Source: Patescibacteria group bacterium (GTDB taxonomy: Bacteria > Patescibacteriota > WWE3 > 9FT-COMBO-53-11). From it: a stretch of DNA of 37,618 nt. Below, one piece after another: positions 32,258-37,618 of the stretch. The DNA lies in contig BTRF01000002.1 in assembly GCA_036986255.1 (NCBI GenBank), forward strand, positions 1 to 37,618. The letters run 5' to 3'. The notes under the pieces were generated by a model. The model saw only the letters and a list, made by a program, of their open reading frames with translations. It did no database searches and was not told the DNA's origin. The position numbers and the translations under genes are program-made. How positions within the stretch are numbered: the stretch's first letter is position 1; every line of letters starts with the position of its first letter.

Positions 32258-32277
32258 GCCCTGCTTTGCAGGGTTTC
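32258..32277 (+). terminator. rho-independent terminator
   Basis: CCCTGC TTT GCAGGG followed by TTTCG, 9 nt after the stop. Confidence 0.5.
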
Positions 32278-32342
32278 GTGTCCGCTCTTGTCTCCTCCTC
32301 GCTTACGCTCGAAAGAGCAAATAGGCGCCTTCAGGTGCCTAT

Positions 32343-32372
32343 TTGACATTCAGGGTGGGCTTCCTGTACATT
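32343..32372 (+). promoter_or_regulatory. sigma-70-like promoter (TTGACA-18 nt-TACATT)
   Basis: Perfect -35 TTGACA at 32343-32348 and TACATT at 32367-32372. Lies just upstream of the tandem repeat array. Confidence 0.4.
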
Positions 32373-32393
32373 GTGGATGGCTGCCCTCCAGAG

Positions 32394-32547
32394 GGCGTTT
32401 TTCGTTGGACGGCCCGATGAGATCGGACCTAGCAACTTCACTGGCGTTCATTTGGACGGCCCGATGAGATCGTACCTAGCAACTTCACTGGCGTTCATTG
32501 GACGGCCCGATGAGATCGTACCTAGCAACTTCACTGGCGTTCAGTTG
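32394..32547 (+). repeat. tandem direct repeat, 46-49-nt unit x 3.2
   Basis: Units at 32394-32442, 32443-32489 and 32490-32535, plus a partial 32536-32547. The unit is GGCGTTCAT(T)TGGACGGCCCGATGAGATCGTACCTAGCAACTTCACT. Units 2 and 3 differ by a single T. Confidence 0.9.
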
Positions 32548-32623
32548 TAGTACCGAGAGGAGGTGAAAAACACAAGAAAGCTAACAGCTTACGGCTAACG
32601 GCTAACAGCTCGGGACATAATCT

Positions 32624-32661
32624 TGCTGTTCGCTGAATGCTGTTCGCTGAATGCTGTTCAC
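32624..32661 (+). repeat. 14-nt tandem micro-repeat x 2.7 (TGCTGTTCGCTGAA)
   Basis: Copies at 32624-32637 and 32638-32651, plus a partial 32652-32661. Preceded by GCTAACAGC/GGCTAAC words (32580-32611), which are complementary to GCTGTT. Confidence 0.85.
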
Positions 32662-32663
32662 AC

Positions 32664-32867
32664 ATGGCTTACACTCAAGTTTCAAAAAAGAGCGGTCGTA
32701 CTTATTATTTGCACTCAAAGGACGTTACTCTCAAAAACACTGGTAAAGTGCAAACTATTTACTACTTTGCTCCTGACATTCGCGCAGAAGCAATTGATGC
32801 AGTCCCCGACGGCTACAAGGTCGACGAGAATCCTCGCACCGGCCTTCCGTATCTTAGGAAGGGATGA
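32664..32867 (+). CDS. small conserved-looking hypothetical protein (67 aa)
   Basis: MAYTQVSKKSGRTYYLHSKDVTLKNTGKVQTIYYFAPDIRAEAIDAVPDGYKVDENPRTGLPYLRKG. The track start at 32637 lies inside the micro-repeat. No SD before either ATG. Confidence 0.55.
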   Translation: MAYTQVSKKSGRTYYLHSKDVTLKNTGKVQTIYYFAPDIRAEAIDAVPDGYKVDENPRTGLPYLRKG

Positions 32868-32896
32868 TCCTTTCCCTAAGTTTTTGGGAATGAGGC

Positions 32897-32958
32897 GGGC
32901 TGCCCTGCCGAATAGTGAAGTTGTTTGCTGAGAGCTTCAATGTCCGGCAGGGTAGCCC
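32897..32958 (+). other. long-stem hairpin (14 bp, 34-nt loop)
   Basis: GGGCTGCCCTGCCG ... CGGCAGGGTAGCCC with one G-T pair. Lies between the small ORF and the nucleotidyltransferase gene. May be a terminator or a structured RNA. Confidence 0.4.
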
Positions 32959-33032
32959 CCTTAGTTGATTTCTTCCCTTTTGGTGGTTAAACTAATCCAA
33001 ACCTGACTTTTACAAAGGAAAGGAGAGTATTC

Positions 33033-33845
33033 GTGATCAAGAAGGCCGTTTTCCTTGCGGGCGGAGTAGGAAGCCGTTTCCAGCCCCTGTCTCGCTTTAT
33101 TCCCAAGGAGCTGGTTCTCCTTTGTAGAACCCCGTTGATTGGGTATTTGCTTGAAGAGATCTACCGAGCCGGGGTTTTGGAAGTCGTACTGATATCTTCC
33201 CCCGGCAAAGAAGCACTTGATCGGTACTTTACCTATAGGGCCGGAGAGCTTCGTCTCACGCCTGCCATCGTCTACCAGGATAAACCGTTGGGAACGGCGG
33301 ACGCTATCTGGAGGGTGCGGGAGATTGTAGGGGAGGAGCAGTTCTTTCTCTATTATTCCGCCGATCTTTTCCTGCCTAAAGTTGCAAAAAGGGAAATAAT
33401 TGGCCTTTGGCGCTCCCAACAGCTTTTAGCTGCTTACTTGGAGACGGCCAGCCCCGTCTTGTCGCTTAGGTCGGTTCCCATTTCAGACGTCTCTCGTTTT
33501 GGGATCGTTGCGATTGACCGATTTGTCAGGGAGGGGGAGCTAGCCCTGCTTTCCGGGATTGTGGAGAAGCCGGATTCTGCTAAAGCCCCGTCGCTTCTTG
33601 CAAGCATAGGCGGCATGATCTTGGACAAGGACGTCTTTTGGGCGATAAACGAGGTTCTCAAATCCCGATCCAAGGGAAGCGAAGCCTACCTGTCCAATGC
33701 TTTAAACCTCCTCTTGCAGGAAGGTAAGAGCATATATGGGCAAATCCTTCTTGACGGAGAGTGGGTTGATGTTGGAACCCTTACCTCCTACCCTACGGCG
33801 TTTGAGCGCGTGGTTGCTTGGGAACTTGAGCGCATGTTCGTATAA
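33033..33845 (+). CDS. sugar-1-phosphate nucleotidyltransferase, GalU-like
   Basis: GTG start. LAGGVGSRFQPLSRFIPKE (G-rich NTP loop) and IVEKPDSAKAPSLLASIGGMIL (the VEKP...APSN region of GalU). Confidence 0.75.
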   Translation: MIKKAVFLAGGVGSRFQPLSRFIPKELVLLCRTPLIGYLLEEIYRAGVLEVVLISSPGKEALDRYFTYRAGELRLTPAIVYQDKPLGTADAIWRVREIVGEEQFFLYYSADLFLPKVAKREIIGLWRSQQLLAAYLETASPVLSLRSVPISDVSRFGIVAIDRFVREGELALLSGIVEKPDSAKAPSLLASIGGMILDKDVFWAINEVLKSRSKGSEAYLSNALNLLLQEGKSIYGQILLDGEWVDVGTLTSYPTAFERVVAWELERMFV

Positions 33846-33853
33846 AATGGGGC

Positions 33854-34861
33854 GTGAGAAAAATCTTGCGCCTCTTTTTCGTTTTAGGACTGGTTTCCCT
33901 GCTTTTTAACTTTTCCTCTGGGGAGAATAAGCCGATTTCCAAAGTCTCCCTCGGGTTCAGCTTCAGCCCCGCTTATGCTCAATATCTGGGGTTGGATCCT
34001 CGGGGATCATTCTTGGAGATTTTGAGCCGCTTTAACTTTGAGAGCGTTCGGATTCCTGTTTATTGGGACCGCGTTTACAGGAATGGGAGCTACGATTTTT
34101 CCGAAGTTGATTTTTTGGTTAAGGAGGCCAAGAAGCAGGGTTTGGAGGTGGTCCTCTCCTTTGGCTACCGCAACTTCCGATGGCCGGAGTGCTACGCGCC
34201 GGATGAGGTTGCAGAGGAAAAAAGTTCCCGCTTCAGGGAGGAGCTCGAACTCTTTAACCGGGCGGTGCTGGACCATTTTGCCCCCACGAACTGGGTAGAT
34301 GCTTGGCAGGTGGAAAATGAGCCTTTTCTCATCCCTAACTCCCGCTGCCGCTTTTTAAATCCCCTGGCCCTACAAGAGACTATTGAGCAGATAAAATACT
34401 CAGATAATACGAACCGCCCGATTTTGCTTACCTTTGGCGGAGCCGGGGCGGCCGGACTGCCTTTGATCTGGCCGGCGATTAAGGATGCCGATATTATTGG
34501 AGTGAGCTTTTACCCCCGCATCCTTGATCCTCTATTTAGGCGCTACTATGTGGAGACCTACCGCTTGGGTCCCGTTCCCCCGAGGAAGATCAGTCGGGAG
34601 CGCCGGTTTGTAGAAGGGCAAGGGAAGGCGTTTTGGGTGGTTGAGTTTCAAGCTGAACCCTGGGCGGATGATCCTCGAACCATGTCGCCTGAAATCTTGC
34701 AAAGCAACTGGGAATTGCTCCTTTCATACGGCGGGGCGGAACGGGTTTATCTTTGGGGAGTGGAGTGGTGGCTTAAGGAGAAGCATGAAGGGAGGCCGGA
34801 TGTTTTCAGGGCCGCCCAGAAGCTTTTCAACTTGCCTTTTCCCCAGGCTGGTTTAGAATAG
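33854..34861 (+). CDS. clan GH-A glycoside hydrolase-like TIM-barrel protein (paralog of 18546..19574)
   Basis: WQVENEPF and VVEFQAEPW. The blocks RFNFESVRIPVYW / VDHLRLVAFW and RWPECYAPD / RWPECHIPD are shared with the paralog. Confidence 0.65.
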   Translation: MRKILRLFFVLGLVSLLFNFSSGENKPISKVSLGFSFSPAYAQYLGLDPRGSFLEILSRFNFESVRIPVYWDRVYRNGSYDFSEVDFLVKEAKKQGLEVVLSFGYRNFRWPECYAPDEVAEEKSSRFREELELFNRAVLDHFAPTNWVDAWQVENEPFLIPNSRCRFLNPLALQETIEQIKYSDNTNRPILLTFGGAGAAGLPLIWPAIKDADIIGVSFYPRILDPLFRRYYVETYRLGPVPPRKISRERRFVEGQGKAFWVVEFQAEPWADDPRTMSPEILQSNWELLLSYGGAERVYLWGVEWWLKEKHEGRPDVFRAAQKLFNLPFPQAGLE

Positions 34862-34899
34862 GGCTTAATAGACAACTTTAGTTTGGAAAGGAGAAGAAG

Positions 34900-35577
34900 T
34901 TGGAGATCCTGTTTCCCCAAGCGTTTTTTAACGTGGCTCTTTTCGAATATCCCGAATTGTTCCCAGAGGATCCCGTTTGGGAGGCCATTCGGCGCCTGCC
35001 GGAGTTTGTTGAGCGCCTGTTTTCCAGCGCCGCAGTTCAAAGGGTTCCCTTTTGGCAATATGCCCTTTACGAAAGCCAGCGGATCCACATTGAGGGACGG
35101 GTTGCCGTTGGTGAGGGAACGGTTATTTATCCCGGGGCCTACCTTGGGGACGGGGTGGTAATCGGCCGCCACTGCATCATTGGTCAGAATGTCACCATCC
35201 GCGGACCGGTGATTATTTCCGACTCTTGTGTGGTGGGACCTTGCGGCGAGGTATCCCACTCCGTCTTTTTCCCTGAGGCGCGAGCCGCCCATAAGAACTT
35301 CGTAGGCCACTCGATCATCGGGTGCCGCGTCAACCTTGGAGCCGGGGCCGAAACCGCCAATTGGAAGCTGGATGGATCCGAGATTGGTCTTTGGGTCGAT
35401 CAAGAAAGGGTCCAGACAGGGTTGACTAAATTGGGGGCCGTCGTCGGCGACGGGGGGAGCGTAGGCGGAAACTCCGTCTTTAACCCAGGAGCTTTATTGG
35501 GCAAGGATTGCCGGATTGGCCCGCTGGTTTCCGTTCCCAACCGCTCTTTTCCGGACGGGACTGTGCTGAAAGGATAG
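34900..35577 (+). CDS. left-handed beta-helix (hexapeptide repeat) acyltransferase, GlmU C-terminal-like
   Basis: TTG start after AAAGGAGAAG. Hexapeptide periodicity in VAVGEGTVIYPGAYLGDGVVIGRHCIIGQNVTIRGPVIISDSCVVG... Confidence 0.7.
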   Translation: MEILFPQAFFNVALFEYPELFPEDPVWEAIRRLPEFVERLFSSAAVQRVPFWQYALYESQRIHIEGRVAVGEGTVIYPGAYLGDGVVIGRHCIIGQNVTIRGPVIISDSCVVGPCGEVSHSVFFPEARAAHKNFVGHSIIGCRVNLGAGAETANWKLDGSEIGLWVDQERVQTGLTKLGAVVGDGGSVGGNSVFNPGALLGKDCRIGPLVSVPNRSFPDGTVLKG

Positions 35578-35703
35578 AACTATACCCGCTTTGGGTTTTG
35601 CCAGAGCGGGTTTTTCATTTGGAGAGCCCGCCCGCCTGCGGGTTGGGGTAGAATGGTTTAACAAAAGGGCGCGACTAAGGAAGGAGACTAAGGAAGGAGG
35701 AAG

Positions 35704-36216
35704 ATGGTGCGTACATGGCTGCACCGAGGCGTATTGACCTTTTGGGTGGTTTTTTACTTCCTGGCTTTTCGGACCATGGCACCGATTTTGCTCATCCCCA
35801 TTTTGGGTATTTGGCGGAATGCTCTGATAACGTTTATCGCTATGGGAGTTTGGTCAACGGTCTTTTACCTGCTGCTCCTTAGGGAAACAGGGATTGAGCG
35901 GATAAGGGAGCGTTTGGTTAGTTTGAAGGGGAAAAGCAAAAAGAGCATCCGCGCGAGGATTCTGCGGCGGATTCCGGGAATTGACGAACCGACTCTGTTC
36001 TCACCCTTTTGGATAGTGGTGGCTTTCGTGCTGCTTGACACTGTCGGGGGGGTTTTGGTGATCCGTCTCGCTTATGTGGATAAGAAGATTAGCAAAGCCC
36101 TGCTTCTCATTTGGATAGGAAGCACCGTGGATGTGCTTTTTTGGCTGGTCCTTATCTACGGTTATCCTCTAATGGCCGTTCGCAGGATTGTTTTGAATAT
36201 TTTCGGAGGAGGTTAG
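35704..36216 (+). CDS. hypothetical integral membrane protein
   Basis: GGAAGGAGG SD. Four to five hydrophobic helices. No family recognised. Confidence 0.55.
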   Translation: MVRTWLHRGVLTFWVVFYFLAFRTMAPILLIPILGIWRNALITFIAMGVWSTVFYLLLLRETGIERIRERLVSLKGKSKKSIRARILRRIPGIDEPTLFSPFWIVVAFVLLDTVGGVLVIRLAYVDKKISKALLLIWIGSTVDVLFWLVLIYGYPLMAVRRIVLNIFGGG

Positions 36217-36287
36217 AGTCTTAAAGGGGTGGATCCACACGGCCATCCCTTCTTTTTGTTACTCTAAAGCTGAAAGGAGGTGAAAAT

Positions 36288-36497
36288 ATGGCTGCGCCTA
36301 ATCTACATCACAACCTTATTCAGCAGATCTCGGAGCTGATGGATTCCGTTTGGCGTTACGAGAAGTACTACAAAGAAGATGCCAGCTCCTGTTCGGACTG
36401 TCAGGCCCTTTGGGAGGAGCTTCAAAAGCGTCATAGTGAGGATATTGAGCACCTGAAATCCCATCTAGCCGTCCACCTTAAGGCGAAGGACTGGTAG
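36288..36497 (+). CDS. small hypothetical protein
   Basis: AAAGGAGGTGA SD 6 nt before the ATG. 69 aa and helical by composition. Confidence 0.5.
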   Translation: MAAPNLHHNLIQQISELMDSVWRYEKYYKEDASSCSDCQALWEELQKRHSEDIEHLKSHLAVHLKAKDW

Positions 36498-36517
36498 TTT
36501 GGAACAATAACGTTGGA

Positions 36518-36536
36518 AAAGCGCGCCCCGCGCTTT
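36518..36536 (+). terminator. hairpin terminator candidate
   Basis: AAAGCGCG CCC CGCGCTTT, 20 nt after the stop. Only a short T tract. Confidence 0.4.
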
Positions 36537-36641
36537 AAGGAAGGCGGTAAAGTTGCTTTCGAATCAGTAACGTCAGTAAAGCCAGTAATATCGGCGGTTC
36601 TTGTCGCGTCTTGGTTTTACTTAGTGTTACTGTAATTATTA

Positions 36642-36968
36642 ATGGCGGTTCCTTTTTCCGATTTCAAAAAGTTGGATCTTAGAGTTGGCCGGGTGCTGGC
36701 TGTTGAGGATGTTGAGGAGTTGGACAAAATTTACAAGCTCACAGTTGACGTGGGCGAGGAAAAACCGAGAACTATCCTTGCCGGGGTCAAAGAGTTTCTG
36801 AAACCCCAAGATCTTGAGAGTAAGAACATTGTGGTCGTAGCTAATCTGGAACCTAAAGAGGTTCGCGGGATTTTGTCCGAGGGCATGCTCTTGGCTGCAG
36901 AAGTTGACGGCAAACCCACTCTTATTAGCCCGGAGAGCGAAGTAGACCCCGGAACGCCCATCCACTAA
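36642..36968 (+). CDS. tRNA-binding domain protein (CsaA / EMAP-II-like OB fold)
   Basis: FKKLDLRVGRVLAVEDVEELDKIYKLTVDVGEE.RTILAGVK...NLEPKEVRGILSEGMLLAAE is the classic tRNA_bind domain pattern. Confidence 0.8.
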   Translation: MAVPFSDFKKLDLRVGRVLAVEDVEELDKIYKLTVDVGEEKPRTILAGVKEFLKPQDLESKNIVVVANLEPKEVRGILSEGMLLAAEVDGKPTLISPESEVDPGTPIH

Positions 36969-37046
36969 TGGCGCTTCAAGAGGGCGCCATTAGCTAGCGA
37001 CTCCAGTCGCGTCCTAACTTCGGTGATAAAATAAGAAGAGGGTTTT

Positions 37047-37122
37047 GGACGGGTAGCTTAGCGGTTAAAGCATCAAGCTTATACCTTGAGGATCGGAGGT
37101 TCGAATCCTCCCCCGTCCACCA
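37047..37122 (+). tRNA. tRNA-Ile(TAT)
   Basis: GGACGGG TA GCTT AGCGGTTA AAGC A TCAAG CTTATAC CTTGA GGATC GGAGG TTCGAAT CCTCC CCCGTCC A CCA. The anticodon is read by hand as TAT. Confidence 0.85.
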
Positions 37123-37131
37123 CTGTATTCC

Positions 37132-37618
37132 TTATTCTTCGCACACCTGATAGGTGACATGGTCAAACAGCTCCCCGTTTTCCCGAACTACCGAAAGATC
37201 GGCCCTGCACCCCTCAATAAGCACTCTCACGAAATGGTATTCTTGGAGGCGCGTTTTGGAGTAAGGAAGGGGCTCGCCGAAGGGGTAAACCCTGCTCCCA
37301 CCCCCGCCTCCAGTGACAATGTAAACCGCATCTTCTACTCCCCCGCGCTCGTAGTTGGACGGCTCGGCTTCGCCAAACCTAGCAATTACTCGCGGCACCT
37401 CAAGCCGCTCGTAATTGTGTTCGTGGCCTGAAAACACAAGGTCTACTTGGTACTTGTCAAAAAGAGGAACAAACTTCTCTTGTATTATCTTGTTTTCACC
37501 GTGGACGGTTCCCGAGGAAAAAGGCGGGTGGTGGAAGAACGCTACTTTAATGGGTGCCTCGCTTTTGGAAAGGTCTTTCTCCAGCCAATTAAGCTGCTCC
37601 TCGTCCACGATGTTTGAA
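37132..37618 (-). CDS. calcineurin-like metallophosphoesterase, 5' end beyond window
   Basis: FFHHPPFSSG and VFSGHEHNYER motifs. The frame stays open upstream of the GTG at 37608 to the window edge (...SNIVDEEQLNWLEKDL). Confidence 0.75.
   Translation of the reverse strand, partial: SNIVDEEQLNWLEKDLSKSEAPIKVAFFHHPPFSSGTVHGENKIIQEKFVPLFDKYQVDLVFSGHEHNYERLEVPRVIARFGEAEPSNYERGGVEDAVYIVTGGGGGSRVYPFGEPLPYSKTRLQEYHFVRVLIEGCRADLSVVRENGELFDHVTYQVCEE

Noticed and set aside
32394-32547. The tandem 46-49-nt repeats as a small CRISPR array.
   Set aside because: The units abut directly with no spacers. There is no cas gene or leader in the window, and the unit has only a weak hairpin that is disrupted in two of the three copies.
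1-37618. Searched by eye for a diversity-generating retroelement, retron, toxin-antitoxin pair, restriction-modification or other known defence module.
   Set aside because: No reverse transcriptase, methyltransferase, nuclease-ATPase pair or template/variable repeat pair was recognised. The Fic protein carries its own inhibitory motif and has no small partner gene.

Overview
This is a 37.6-kb segment of bacterial chromosome. It reads cleanly with the standard genetic code: long ORFs carry recognisable domains and many have GGAGG-type Shine-Dalgarno sites. The gene content includes several small VirB2/TrbC-like pilin genes, a SpoIID-like gene, ComF, the DnaG-RpoD pair, sugar and nucleoside scavenging hydrolases, and many small secreted or membrane hypotheticals. 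This suggests a Candidate Phyla Radiation (Patescibacteria, Microgenomates-like) genome, but that placement is inference only. I support 39 CDS. Two are cut by the window edges, and the left one (1..1094, minus strand) is missing from the supplied ORF track. I also support 8 tRNA genes (Ser-GCT, Arg-GCG, Ser-TGA, Ser-GGA, Arg-CCG, Ser-CGA, Asn-GTT, Ile-TAT), all with an encoded CCA. In addition there is one gene relic, several hairpin terminators and several families of non-coding repeats. I recognised no rRNA, CRISPR/cas, transposase, integrase or reverse transcriptase. The best candidates for something new are these. (a) A 25-nt element sits directly after the CCA of three of the four tRNA-Ser genes (a partial match lies near the fourth) and after neither tRNA-Arg. 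A GIY-YIG gene is inserted 6 nt past the end of one copy, and a 20-nt att-like duplication lies at the fourth tRNA-Ser. (b) An AT-richer block downstream of tRNA-Asn holds three unrelated genes, each followed by a conserved 51-nt element. (c) A locus with three pilin-type domains, one of them fused to a four-module Cys-rich repeat, brackets a vWA protein and a membrane J-domain protein. (d) A promoter-proximal array of 46-49-nt tandem repeats, an orphan SD and 14-nt micro-repeats lie ahead of a small SD-less ORF. (e) A ugd plus HAS-like synthase pair is present. All functional calls rest on motif recognition by eye. No database search was possible.
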